Shown here piece after piece: positions 52,756 to 62,245 of a DNA stretch of 64,000 nt; positions within the stretch are counted from its first letter, which is position 1; the number at the start of each line of letters is the position of its first letter. A program made the translations under genes and the position numbers. The DNA comes from Hyphomicrobiales bacterium (GTDB taxonomy: Bacteria; Pseudomonadota; Alphaproteobacteria; Rhizobiales; UBA4765). The notes under the pieces were generated by a model, which worked only from the letters and a program-made list of their open reading frames with translations, was not told the DNA's origin and made no database searches. Where the stretch lies: contig OZ252015.1 of NCBI GenBank assembly GCA_965247525.1, positions 1,567,485 through 1,631,484 on the forward strand. Reading direction: 5' to 3'.

Positions 52756-53874
52756 TTAAGGCAGCTTTGTTGTTTGAAAGTTTAAAACGTTCTTTTGTGG
52801 CAGAAGGTTACGTGCGACAGCGTAGCATATTAACAGGAACGGGACTGCGATAAATCCACCGATTGGCCCCCAAAGCCAAAGCCAAAATGTAATGGTCAAA
52901 AATACAAGAAACGGGTTCATTGTCATTGTACGCCCGATGACATGCGGTGTTACGGCTTGCGCCTCTGTCATGTGCAATCCAAGATAGACAATTCCAGGTA
53001 ACAGGCCTGTGACGAGATTGGGCATTGTTGAAAGACCAATGGCCAGCATCGTTACAGTCATAATGGCCGGGCCGATATAAATCACATAGTTCATGACAAA
53101 GGCGAGAGAGCCCCACAGCGCCGGAGACGGAACGCCCAGCGCCCACATGGCAAAAGCCACGCTAAATCCAAGACCGGCGTTCACAATTGTGATCGACAGC
53201 AAATAACGGGAGACATGGCTTTCAATGTCGTTAAACATCCGCGTTGCTTGCCAGCGGGAGCGCCGGTTGTAAAAGAGCTTCAACACAGATGTTTTGAATT
53301 TATTGCGCGTTGCAACGTAAAAATAAAGGCTCGCAAGAAAAATAAGAATCTCCGCAAAAACAGTCGGCGCTAAAGTTGCAAGCTGTTTAACCGTGCTATT
53401 GTCGTCGACAATCACTTCCATCTGGCTTGTCGCACCGTTCCCTGATGTCATAGTTTTTACCTGCGCGCCAAAGTTGCGGATCGCCTGTAGAGGTTCACGT
53501 AGCGCCGAAATTTGCTCGCGAAATTTCACCCACATTGCAGGCGCACGCGCGACCCATTCCGACAAAGGTGCTGAAAAAAGCGCGCTCGCTGTTAAAATCA
53601 TGCCTAGCAATAAAAGCACGACAATAAGGGCAGACAGACCTGAAGGGACGCCAAAACGCTCTACGCGCGCCGCGACCGGTCCAAACATAAGGCCAACAAC
53701 TATTGCCAGCGTCACAGGTGCTAGAAAGACTTTGCCAAGGTGTAAGGCAACGATCAGCGTGAAAATGCCTATGAAAACAATCGCTGTGCGGGATGAATTT
53801 GTAAGCCCAAGTTCTGAGCGGCTTTTTTTTGCCAACTGCACAACCTGAGGGACCTGTGGGCGAATAATTTTCAT
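52756..53874 (-). CDS. AI-2E family transporter (PerM/UPF0118)
   Basis: A multi-TM protein of about 372 aa from ATG 53874. Overall similarity to the AI-2E family. Confidence 0.75.
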   Translation of the reverse strand: MKIIRPQVPQVVQLAKKSRSELGLTNSSRTAIVFIGIFTLIVALHLGKVFLAPVTLAIVVGLMFGPVAARVERFGVPSGLSALIVVLLLLGMILTASALFSAPLSEWVARAPAMWVKFREQISALREPLQAIRNFGAQVKTMTSGNGATSQMEVIVDDNSTVKQLATLAPTVFAEILIFLASLYFYVATRNKFKTSVLKLFYNRRSRWQATRMFNDIESHVSRYLLSITIVNAGLGFSVAFAMWALGVPSPALWGSLAFVMNYVIYIGPAIMTVTMLAIGLSTMPNLVTGLLPGIVYLGLHMTEAQAVTPHVIGRTMTMNPFLVFLTITFWLWLWGPIGGFIAVPFLLICYAVARNLLPQKNVLNFQTTKLP

Positions 53875-53925
53875 GAGATGTCCAAAATCAACAAAATGCC
53901 ATTGATTCAGCATCTTACGGCAAAT

Positions 53926-53951
53926 AACATTTTTTATTCGGTTTTCGTTCC
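53926..53951 (-). promoter_or_regulatory. EcfG-type promoter candidate GGAAC-N17-TGTT (towards the AI-2E gene)
   Basis: Minus strand: GGAAC at 53951..53947 and TGTT at 53929..53926. Confidence 0.4.
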
Positions 53952-53958
53952 GAGCGCT

Positions 53959-53984
53959 GGAACTTTATAGCTTTAACACGCATT
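53959..53984 (+). promoter_or_regulatory. EcfG-type promoter candidate GGAAC-N17-CATT (towards the DUF883 operon)
   Basis: GGAAC at 53959..53963 and CATT at 53981..53984. It is back-to-back with the minus-strand -35 box 7 nt away. Confidence 0.45.
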
Positions 53985-54018
53985 TAGCTTGGGAAACCAA
54001 TTAATTCAGGAGCGTCAA

Positions 54019-54390
54019 ATGAATACTTTTGTCAACAAAGCAGAAAACGTAAACGACAAGATGAATGATAAAATCAAATCAGGCATTTCTCAAATTCGTC
54101 CAAGCACAGGCAACATCGAAAACGATCTTGCAGCCCTTCGCGAAGATATCGTTACGCTTGCAGAAACCGTTGGTCGTCTTGGTTCCTCTAGCGTTAAAAA
54201 CCTAAAAAATCGCGCCATGGAGAATTTTGACAGCCTTAAAGAAAGCGGCAGTGATGTAGCGGGCTATTTAAAAACACATGGTTCCGAAATGGAAAAACAG
54301 CTTGTTGAAACCGTGCGTGACCGTCCGCTGGTAGCTATTGCAGCAGCGGCCAGTATTGGTCTTCTTATCGGCCTTATTACAAAGAAATAA
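54019..54390 (+). CDS. DUF883 (ElaB/YqjD-like) stress protein with a C-terminal TM anchor
   Basis: ATG 54019 follows an AGGAG RBS. It ends with ...RDRPLVAIAAAASIGLLIGLITKK. Confidence 0.75.
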   Translation: MNTFVNKAENVNDKMNDKIKSGISQIRPSTGNIENDLAALREDIVTLAETVGRLGSSSVKNLKNRAMENFDSLKESGSDVAGYLKTHGSEMEKQLVETVRDRPLVAIAAAASIGLLIGLITKK

Positions 54391-54394
54391 TTTG

Positions 54395-54877
54395 ATGTTT
54401 GGTACAGCACTTATCGGCACGGCAGCTAATGAAACAAAAGCGGCTGCCGTGCGTCTTGCGCGCTACACAGCGGTATATGCTGTTGCGGCAGGACTTTTTA
54501 TTACATCGCTTGTCTACGCCGCAGGTGCGGCTTATTTGCAGCTGTCATATATATTTGGCTCAATCAATGCCGGCTTGATGCTCAGTGCCGGTTTTATGTT
54601 GCTCGCAGTAATCGCTTTTTTATGTATTCACATCATCAACAATAAAAACAAAGTTGAAACGCAAACAAGGGTTAAATCCGAAGCGGGTTCTCTTGCAACT
54701 GTTGCAGCGATTTCGGCTCTGCCGGCCTTTTTGCGCCGACGTAGCTTTGCAAATTCGGCAAGCCTTGTGTTGCCTTTGGCGATAGCAGGGGGAATGTTTT
54801 TATGGGCAAAATCGTCAGACGGCACTTTAAATGATCTTAAAAAATATTTTCCAAATCTTTTTTCACCCGAAGAATAA
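54395..54877 (+). CDS. Membrane protein (holin-X / phage-holin-family-like partner of DUF883)
   Basis: ATG 54395. Two long hydrophobic segments. A typical gene partner downstream of DUF883. Confidence 0.55.
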   Translation: MFGTALIGTAANETKAAAVRLARYTAVYAVAAGLFITSLVYAAGAAYLQLSYIFGSINAGLMLSAGFMLLAVIAFLCIHIINNKNKVETQTRVKSEAGSLATVAAISALPAFLRRRSFANSASLVLPLAIAGGMFLWAKSSDGTLNDLKKYFPNLFSPEE

Positions 54878-54893
54878 CGAAGGGGTTTAACGC

Positions 54894-55022
54894 TTGCCAG
54901 ACCAGATACAAACGCAAAAAGCCAAACAAGGGCGCGGGGGCAAGGATGTCGTTATTGTCCTTGCTTTCTCGCTTGCTTTAATCATTGGGGCTTTCACGGC
55001 TGTTTATTTGTACTGGCAATAA
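54894..55022 (+). CDS. Small membrane protein, 42 aa (not in the ORF track)
   Basis: TTG start after an AAGGGG RBS. Product ...KDVVIVLAFSLALIIGAFTAVYLYWQ. Confidence 0.3.
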   Translation: MPDQIQTQKAKQGRGGKDVVIVLAFSLALIIGAFTAVYLYWQ

Positions 55023-55099
55023 GACCAATTGCTAAAATGGTTTGAATTTTTCGACGGATGAAGTAGACCTGACGTCTCTTTTAACTGACAGGTTCAAGC

Positions 55100-56218
55100 A
55101 TGCTGATCGGCGTTCCTAAAGAAATCAAAAACCATGAATATCGCGTCGGCCTAACGCCTGAAAGCGTAGCAGAGGTCATCGCCCATGGTCACAAAGTGAT
55201 TGTTGAGGCAGGGGCTGGCGATGGTATCGGCGCTGATAACGCACTTTATCAGCAAGCCGGTGCCGAGATTATAGACACTGCGCAACATATTTTTGCAAAA
55301 GCCGACATGATCGTGAAGGTCAAAGAGCCCCAAGCGGGTGAGCGTAAAATGCTGCGTGCCGGTCAAATTCTTTACACTTATCTTCACCTTGCACCCGATC
55401 CCGAGCAGACAAAAGATCTGATTACATCCGGCGCTGTCTGCATTGCATACGAGACCGTGACCGACGATGCCGGCGGCCTGCCGTTGTTAAAGCCGATGAG
55501 CCAGGTTGCAGGGCGTATGTCGATCCAGGCGGGTGCAACCGCATTGGAAAAATCACATGGCGGCCGTGGTGTGCTGCTAGGAGGCGTGCCGGGTGTTGCA
55601 CCGGGGCGTGTCCTCATTATTGGTGGCGGTGTTGTTGGTTACAATGCCGCACAGATGGCTGTCGGAATGCATGCCAATGTCACAATCCTTGACCGCAACC
55701 AAACCATTCTTGAAAAACTGGAAAGCGAATTTGCCGCTGGTGCCAAGGTGCTGTATTCAACCAAAGCTGCGCTTGAAGATCTTGTCGCACGTGCCGACCT
55801 TGTGATTGGCGCCGTTCTTGTTCCGGGCGCTGCTGCGCCAAAGCTGATTACGCGCGATATGCTCGCAACCATGAAGCCCGGCGCTGTTTTGGTTGATGTT
55901 GCCATCGATCAGGGCGGCTGTTTTGAAACATCACACGCCACCACCCATGCCGATCCAACCTATATGGTCGACGGCATCGTGCATTACTGCGTTGCCAATA
56001 TGCCGGGCGGGGTGGCCCGCACCTCCACCTATGCCTTGAACAATGCGACTTTGCGCCACGCCGTTTCAATCGCGAACAAAGGCTGGAAGAAAGCTCTTGC
56101 CGACGATAAAAACCTGCGCAATGGCCTCAATGTCTGGGACGGCAAAGTCACCTATGAAGCGGTCGCGCAAGATCTCGGCTATGCTTACACGTCAGCAGAG
56201 CAGGCTGTGGCCGCATAA
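55100..56218 (+). CDS. ald: Alanine dehydrogenase
   Basis: MLIGVPKEIKNHEYRVGLTPESV and the NAD-binding VLIIGGGVVG. Confidence 0.9.
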   Translation: MLIGVPKEIKNHEYRVGLTPESVAEVIAHGHKVIVEAGAGDGIGADNALYQQAGAEIIDTAQHIFAKADMIVKVKEPQAGERKMLRAGQILYTYLHLAPDPEQTKDLITSGAVCIAYETVTDDAGGLPLLKPMSQVAGRMSIQAGATALEKSHGGRGVLLGGVPGVAPGRVLIIGGGVVGYNAAQMAVGMHANVTILDRNQTILEKLESEFAAGAKVLYSTKAALEDLVARADLVIGAVLVPGAAAPKLITRDMLATMKPGAVLVDVAIDQGGCFETSHATTHADPTYMVDGIVHYCVANMPGGVARTSTYALNNATLRHAVSIANKGWKKALADDKNLRNGLNVWDGKVTYEAVAQDLGYAYTSAEQAVAA

Positions 56219-56233
56219 AGTGCTGGCGGTCGG

Positions 56234-57115
56234 CTAGATAATTTTTGCGGCCTCTTGAATGTCACTGAGCGAAGGAAGGCCCGCTTCATTTCCCAAATGG
56301 CGGATTTTGTGCGCCGATGCGGCGCGTGCAAAACGGAAATGCTGCTCCCATTCCGCATCGGGATGTTTCAGATAAGAATAGACATAAGCGCCATGGAAGA
56401 CATCGCCCGCGCCATTCGTGTCAATGACATTAACGTCAGGAACCGGCAATGCAGCCATTGTGCGTGTTGCTCCCGTTTCATCGAACCAGACCAGACCTTC
56501 ACGGCCAAGCGTGACCCCGCCAATTTTGCAGCCTTTGCTTTTAAGATGGTCAAGCATTGCAGACGCGGAGAGCTGCATCTGCTCGCACAACCGTTCCGAC
56601 ACAATTGCAACATCAATAAACTCAAGAAGCTCTGTTGTGTTTTCGCGTAATCCCCCGCCATCAAGCGAGGTCAGGATGTTTTGCTCCTTGCATAGTTTCG
56701 CATAATAAATCGCGGCATCGGGCTGGTGGCCGTCGAGATGGAGCGCCCTGCAGCCTTTGAGATTAAGCTGCGGAAACGGATGAAGATAATTGCTGTCGCG
56801 GCAGCGCAAAATGGCGCGCTGGCCGTTATGCGGCATCACGAATGAAAGGGAAGATTCTTTCACCTTTCGCGGGTGGATTGGCATGCCGTAGCGCGCTGCC
56901 ATGGCGCTGAACATCTGGCCAAGCCAGTCATCGGCAAGCGATGTTAAGAGATCAGGCTTGATGCCAAGCTTGGCACAGCAAAATGCGGCGGTGACAGCGT
57001 TGCCGCCAAATGACACGGCATAGTCATCAGCCACCGCTTTTTCATCACCAGTCGGGATTGATTGGGCAATGAAAACGATGTCGATATACGTCTGGCCAAT
57101 AAAAAGAGCATCCAT
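56234..57115 (-). CDS. PfkB family carbohydrate kinase
   Basis: C-terminal DTNGAGDVFHGAY motif and the N-terminal GGNAVTAA. Confidence 0.8.
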   Translation of the reverse strand: MDALFIGQTYIDIVFIAQSIPTGDEKAVADDYAVSFGGNAVTAAFCCAKLGIKPDLLTSLADDWLGQMFSAMAARYGMPIHPRKVKESSLSFVMPHNGQRAILRCRDSNYLHPFPQLNLKGCRALHLDGHQPDAAIYYAKLCKEQNILTSLDGGGLRENTTELLEFIDVAIVSERLCEQMQLSASAMLDHLKSKGCKIGGVTLGREGLVWFDETGATRTMAALPVPDVNVIDTNGAGDVFHGAYVYSYLKHPDAEWEQHFRFARAASAHKIRHLGNEAGLPSLSDIQEAAKII

Positions 57116-58263
57116 TATAAAACACCAGAAGTGGTTAAAGCGTCACCCTTCACCCAGCTGTTAATGACATTAAGGTTTTCATCAAGCGCAGTGAAATTTG
57201 CAAATGCGTTTTGCGTGATCCGGCCATGGGTTTTATCAACTCGCAAGAACGCCGCCGGCGTTGAGGTTGCCATCTGCAGTGCCTGCGCGGTTTCAACCCC
57301 GACCTCATTCACCATGAAACGCACGGCACTGGCCATATCGAGATGCGCTCCTGCAAGCGTTCCAGTCTTGTCGGTAAGGCGGCCGTCGCTGACAAAAATC
57401 TCATTGCCGAAAAGGTTAAATGAGGTTTGCGCGGCGCCGATGCTCGACATAGCATCGCTGACAAGTAAAAGCCGCGCAGCGCCAAGCGCGTTAAATGCAG
57501 CGCGGATGGCTAGCCTGTCGACGTGATGGCCGTCAGCGATAAGGCTGGCAAAACAGCAGTCGCTGGCAAGTGTAGACCCGACAACGCCGGGTGCGCGTCC
57601 CTGTAACTGCGACATTGCGTTGTAGAGATGCGTCACTCCGCTTAATCCCGCTTGAAATGCCGCCTGCATTTGCGCGCCATCGGCATCGCTGTGCCCTGCG
57701 CTGACAATCACACCATTTTTGACAAGCGTTTCAATAAACGCATGGGGCGTGCATTCGGGTGCGAGTGTTAAAAGCGTGCACCCATTTTTAAGACTGCTGA
57801 TAAACGCGCCATCATCATCGTTTGGTTTTAAAAAATGCGTGTGCCGATGAATGCCCTTGCGGGCTGGATTTAAAAAAGGCCCTTCAAGATGAATGCCAAG
57901 AATAGAGAAATGCCCATTTTCGATTGCCTTGTCGACCGCCGCGATGGCGTCACGCATAACCTCGCGCGTGTCGGTAATCAGGGTTGGCATAATGCTTGTT
58001 GTGCCGCGCGCGCGATGGCTTTTCGCGATGTGTGCCAAGCCTTGCACAGTGGTATTATCATTGAACATAAGGCCGCCGCCGCCATTGACCTGCGCATCGA
58101 TAAATCCCGGAGACAGGATATCATTTTTGCCAAGTTTCAATGCATTCGGGCGCGCACCTTTTTCAAGCCCGCTGACAATGCCATTTTCAAAAATGACAGT
58201 TGTATCGTCTTGAAAGGATATGCCGTCGAACAAACGCGGCGCATAAATCGCACCGCTTGTCAT
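57115..58263 (-). CDS. nagA: N-acetylglucosamine-6-phosphate deacetylase
   Basis: PGFIDAQVNGGGG, HLEGPF and AGHSDA motifs. Confidence 0.85.
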   Translation of the reverse strand: MTSGAIYAPRLFDGISFQDDTTVIFENGIVSGLEKGARPNALKLGKNDILSPGFIDAQVNGGGGLMFNDNTTVQGLAHIAKSHRARGTTSIMPTLITDTREVMRDAIAAVDKAIENGHFSILGIHLEGPFLNPARKGIHRHTHFLKPNDDDGAFISSLKNGCTLLTLAPECTPHAFIETLVKNGVIVSAGHSDADGAQMQAAFQAGLSGVTHLYNAMSQLQGRAPGVVGSTLASDCCFASLIADGHHVDRLAIRAAFNALGAARLLLVSDAMSSIGAAQTSFNLFGNEIFVSDGRLTDKTGTLAGAHLDMASAVRFMVNEVGVETAQALQMATSTPAAFLRVDKTHGRITQNAFANFTALDENLNVINSWVKGDALTTSGVL

Positions 58264-59279
58264 AATGTTTCCGTCACTTTTTGAAGCCCGTGTGGGTTGT
58301 CAGGATTGCGGCCGCGGCGGCGCGCTTCCTGTTCAATCGCGAGATAAGCGGGGATCAGCATCGCAATAGGATCGAGCACTGCATTGTCATCGCCAATCCA
58401 GGGCAGCTCGCCATTGCCGCCGCACAGCGACACAGGAAGCCTGTCATGTTTTAAGGTTGTGACGAGTGTATCGACGCTTTGCGCCATCGGGTCATTTTGC
58501 CGCAAAGCCAAAACCGGTGTTGCAGCGCTTAAAGCCCCGCGCGGGCCATGAAGAAGCTCTGCGGAACTGTAGGCAAGCGCTGGAAGATTGAGCGTTTCAG
58601 ACATTTTCAACGCGATCTCGCGGGCAGGGCCGTAGCCATAGCCGCGTCCGGTCACATAAGCCGCGCTCGCCTCTCTCAAGGTTGATGTCCATTGCTGCCA
58701 GTCGAGCGAAAGCGCCTGTTCAAAACGCTCTGGTGTCTTTTGCAGTGCGGCAAGCAATTGCTGATTGTTTGAAAGTTTGGCAACAAGACACGCGCCAGCC
58801 ACCATTGAATTGACGACCGTTTTGGTTGCGGCAACCGCAATTTCTTCGCCTGCGCAAATATCAATCACATAGTCTGAAATTTGCGCAGCAGGCGAATGCG
58901 CATCATTGACAATGGCCAGCGTGACCGCGCCGCCATCGCGTGCGGCCTGCGTCGCTGCGATAAGGTCGGGGCTGCGACCTGATTGTGAAATCACGATAAA
59001 AAGAGCACCCTTCATTTTCGGGGCACCGTGATAGCCGGTAATGACAGATGGTGCGCTGTTTGAAACACCAAGTGCGAGCTGCGTCTCAATCAAATAACGT
59101 AAATGCACCCCTGCATGGCCTGAGCTTCCACGCCCGCAAATAATCGCATAAGTAAAATTATGCTGCGCCAATGTCGCCGCAACCGCATTGATTTTTGTGT
59201 CGCAGGTCGCAAGCAGACGATTGGCACAGGCAGGGATTTGCCGAATATCCGCGGCCATGAGAGTGGGCGTTGTCATCAT
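58260..59279 (-). CDS. SIS domain sugar-phosphate isomerase/deaminase (GlmS C-terminal-like / NagB-II type)
   Basis: Two SIS repeats (ICGRGSSGHA, VISQSGRSPD). Overlapping start/stop codons with nagA and murQ. Confidence 0.75.
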   Translation of the reverse strand: MMTTPTLMAADIRQIPACANRLLATCDTKINAVAATLAQHNFTYAIICGRGSSGHAGVHLRYLIETQLALGVSNSAPSVITGYHGAPKMKGALFIVISQSGRSPDLIAATQAARDGGAVTLAIVNDAHSPAAQISDYVIDICAGEEIAVAATKTVVNSMVAGACLVAKLSNNQQLLAALQKTPERFEQALSLDWQQWTSTLREASAAYVTGRGYGYGPAREIALKMSETLNLPALAYSSAELLHGPRGALSAATPVLALRQNDPMAQSVDTLVTTLKHDRLPVSLCGGNGELPWIGDDNAVLDPIAMLIPAYLAIEQEARRRGRNPDNPHGLQKVTETL

Positions 59280-60181
59280 GCTTTTTTCAAATTTATCGCA
59301 GGCGCAATTTCAGCCATGGCAAAGCGCAAATTGCCCTCATGCCGCGCAAGCAGTTTTTTTGCGGATTCAAACTCAACGCCGCAGGCCAGAAGGGCTGCAA
59401 GCTTCACGTCGCCTTCAGCCTGTGTCACGGCGCTTTCCGCAACATCCTCGTCGCAGCCTGTAATCGTTGCCACCATCTGTGTCGAACGGCGGCGCAGTTT
59501 TGCGTTGGTGGCGCGCATATGCACCATCAGGCCGCGATACACCTTGCCTAGGCGCACCATTGCCAGCGTCGAAAAAAGATTAAGCACCACTTTTTGCGCT
59601 GTGCCTGCTTTCATGCGGGTGGAGCCGGCGATGATCTCTTCGCCCGTATCGACGAGAATGGACAGCTCAGCGGCGGCAAGAAGTTTTGAACGTGGATTAT
59701 TGGCAATGCCAATTGTCAACGCTCCCAGCTGGCGTGCTTTTTCAACGGCTGAAATTGTAAAAGGGGTGTTGCCGCTGGCCGCAATGCCGATCAGCACGTC
59801 TTTTTCACACACTGAAATTTCGGCCATCCGCTCCGCGCCGCCAGCCGCGCTGTCTTCGGCGTTTTCGATGGCGCGCAAAATGGCATTTGTCCCGCCCGCG
59901 ATCGCAAAAGCGAGTTGTGAGGCAGGCCAGTCAAAAGTTGGGGTCAGTTCTGCGCCATCCTGCACACCGATACGGCCGGATGTTCCTGCGCCCGCATAAA
60001 TCAGGCGTCCGCCAGCGCGCAGGCGCGGCACGGCACGCTCGACCGCCAGCGCAATGGCAGGCAAAGCAGGCCCAACGGCTGAAACGGCCGCAAGTTGACC
60101 TTCATAAAGCGCTTTCAGCGCTTCGACATTGTCCCAGAGGTCAAAGTCGAGATAGCGCGGGCTGATATCTTCGGTGGTCAT
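59276..60181 (-). CDS. murQ: N-acetylmuramic acid 6-phosphate etherase
   Basis: GGRLIYAGAGTSGRIGVQDGAELTPTF and GIAASGNTPF. Confidence 0.85.
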   Translation of the reverse strand: MTTEDISPRYLDFDLWDNVEALKALYEGQLAAVSAVGPALPAIALAVERAVPRLRAGGRLIYAGAGTSGRIGVQDGAELTPTFDWPASQLAFAIAGGTNAILRAIENAEDSAAGGAERMAEISVCEKDVLIGIAASGNTPFTISAVEKARQLGALTIGIANNPRSKLLAAAELSILVDTGEEIIAGSTRMKAGTAQKVVLNLFSTLAMVRLGKVYRGLMVHMRATNAKLRRRSTQMVATITGCDEDVAESAVTQAEGDVKLAALLACGVEFESAKKLLARHEGNLRFAMAEIAPAINLKKA

Positions 60182-60259
60182 GTTTTTTCACGTATTTGTC
60201 TGTGAGAGATAAGAGCAGCACGGATTGAATGGCAAGCAAAACCGCGCCAAAAGAGAGGG

Positions 60260-61129
60260 ATGGACACTCCTCTCTACCTTGGAATCGACGGCGGCGGAAC
60301 CTCGTGCCGCGCCAGACTGGAAGACGAGGATGGGAAAATTCTTGGTCAGGGTCTTTCAGGCCCGGCCACCACACGCCTCGGCATGAACAATGCCCTTTTA
60401 TCAATTATGGCGGCGGCAAGAGGCGCAATGGCGCAAGCGCAGCTGAGCGACGACGCGATGGCCCGTGTGCGTGCGGGGATTGGTATTGCCGGCATGGGCC
60501 GAAAAGGCGTGCCGCAATTTCTTGAAAACTGGGCGCACCCGTTTCACTCGGTCGCTTTTGAAGGCGATGCTTACACGGCGTGTCTTGGCGCACATCAGGG
60601 GCATGATGGCGGCATTATCATCATCGGCACGGGCTCGATTGCCTATGCACGCCGCGGCACCGAAACGATCAGGCTTGGGGGCTACGGGTTTCCTGTGTCT
60701 GATGAGGCAAGCGGCGCCGATCTCGGTCTGAATGCCTTGCGCCTTGCTTTGCAAGCGGTGGATGGGCGCATTCCATCAAGTCCGCTGCTTGATGCCATGC
60801 TCAACCAGTTTTCGTACGATCCTTTCAAAGTCGTTGACTGGATGGATGCCGCAACCGCGACAGATTATGCCGCTTTTGCCCGTATGGTTGCACAGCAGGC
60901 CGAACACGGCGACACGGTTGCCGTCAATCTCATGGCCGAGGCTGCAGCTCACGTCGGCAATATGGTAAAAGCGCTTAATGCCAAAGGCGTCGTGAATATC
61001 TCTCTTCTGGGGGGCTTGGCCAAATATATGGTGCAATGGTTGCCAGCTGAAATCGCCATAAAAATCACGCCCGCCAAGGGCGATGCCATGGCAGGGGCCA
61101 TTTTGTTTGCTAAGCAAAGACAGGGCTAA
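60260..61129 (+). CDS. N-acetylglucosamine kinase (BadF/BadG/BcrA/BcrD ATPase family)
   Basis: LGIDGGGTSCRARL and IIIIGTGSIA. Confidence 0.8.
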   Translation: MDTPLYLGIDGGGTSCRARLEDEDGKILGQGLSGPATTRLGMNNALLSIMAAARGAMAQAQLSDDAMARVRAGIGIAGMGRKGVPQFLENWAHPFHSVAFEGDAYTACLGAHQGHDGGIIIIGTGSIAYARRGTETIRLGGYGFPVSDEASGADLGLNALRLALQAVDGRIPSSPLLDAMLNQFSYDPFKVVDWMDAATATDYAAFARMVAQQAEHGDTVAVNLMAEAAAHVGNMVKALNAKGVVNISLLGGLAKYMVQWLPAEIAIKITPAKGDAMAGAILFAKQRQG

Positions 61130-61212
61130 TCTGCATGATTTGATGCGGACTTGTGTCTTGCATTCGCCGCCACCTTGCTTAAAAGAGAGCCAAGATAATT
61201 GAAGAGGTTTTC

Positions 61213-61776
61213 ATGTCGTATTCGCTTGCACTTTCCCAGCCTGTCCTTCGCCAATGGGCCGGTCAATCGCTCGCAAAAAATCTGATGCTTGTTGTGCTCG
61301 GTTCGCTGCTTCTGGCAGCAAGTGCCCAAATTCAGGTGCCGATGATTCCTGTTCCTATGACCATGCAGACGCTTGGCCTTCTTCTTATCGGCGGTTTTTC
61401 AGGCGTGCGTATAGGTTTTGCGTCGGCCGCGCTTTATCTGCTGGAGGGCGCGCTTGGCCTTCCCGTTTTTGCTGGCGGTGCCGCCGGTCTTGGTGTTCTG
61501 ATTGGGCCGACAGCTGGCTATCTGATCGCGTTTCCTTTTGCCGCAGCTCTTGCAGGTTACGCGGCTGACAAAGGCTGGCTACGCAATATCGCGGTCGGCT
61601 TTGCAATCATGATTGCGGCGCATACTATGGTTTTTCTTGGCGGTGTTGCTTATCTGGCAAATTTCATAGGTTTGAAAGCGGCGATCGCTGCAGGCCTGAC
61701 GCCATTCCTGCTTGGCACAGTTGTGAAATCGGCGCTTGCCGCTTCTGCCGTGCGTTTGGACCGCCCCCGCGTCTGA
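61213..61776 (+). CDS. bioY: Biotin transporter BioY
   Basis: QIQVPMIPVPMTMQTLGLLL and GPTAGYLIAFP. Confidence 0.85.
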   Translation: MSYSLALSQPVLRQWAGQSLAKNLMLVVLGSLLLAASAQIQVPMIPVPMTMQTLGLLLIGGFSGVRIGFASAALYLLEGALGLPVFAGGAAGLGVLIGPTAGYLIAFPFAAALAGYAADKGWLRNIAVGFAIMIAAHTMVFLGGVAYLANFIGLKAAIAAGLTPFLLGTVVKSALAASAVRLDRPRV

Positions 61777-61777
61777 T

Positions 61778-62209
61778 ATGAACGTTCGCCTACGCGGACA
61801 CCATCTTTTGTGCATGCTCACCTATGAAGGCAAAGGCTACAGCCCTGCCTTTATTACCAATTTTGACTCTATCGTTTCACGCGTGAATGATGGCGAAGAG
61901 ATTGAACTTCACAAAGGCCCTGACGATATTTGCGCGCCGCTTCTTCAAGAAGATGCTTGCGCGCATTGCGTGAATGACAGCGTAACAGCACGCGATACAT
62001 TGGCGCTCGAACAGCTTGAGGCGCAAAATCTTGTTCCGGCACGTGTTCCTTTTGCGCTCGACGATGCTCATATTACAAAAATGCGAGAGGCCTTTGCGAA
62101 GGGGCTTATTCGTCAGGCCTGTGAAGGTTGTGAATGGCATGGGTTATGCAGCGAGGTTGCCCAAACGGGTTTTAAAACCGTGCGTTTAAAGTCACTCGCA
62201 TCTTTTTAA
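61778..62209 (+). CDS. DUF1284 domain protein
   Basis: ATG 61778. LRGHHLLCMLTYEGKGYSPAF and Cys-rich motifs. Confidence 0.65.
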   Translation: MNVRLRGHHLLCMLTYEGKGYSPAFITNFDSIVSRVNDGEEIELHKGPDDICAPLLQEDACAHCVNDSVTARDTLALEQLEAQNLVPARVPFALDDAHITKMREAFAKGLIRQACEGCEWHGLCSEVAQTGFKTVRLKSLASF

Positions 62210-62245
62210 CGCGTTTGGTGTTAAATCACATGAAGGAGATTTGCC

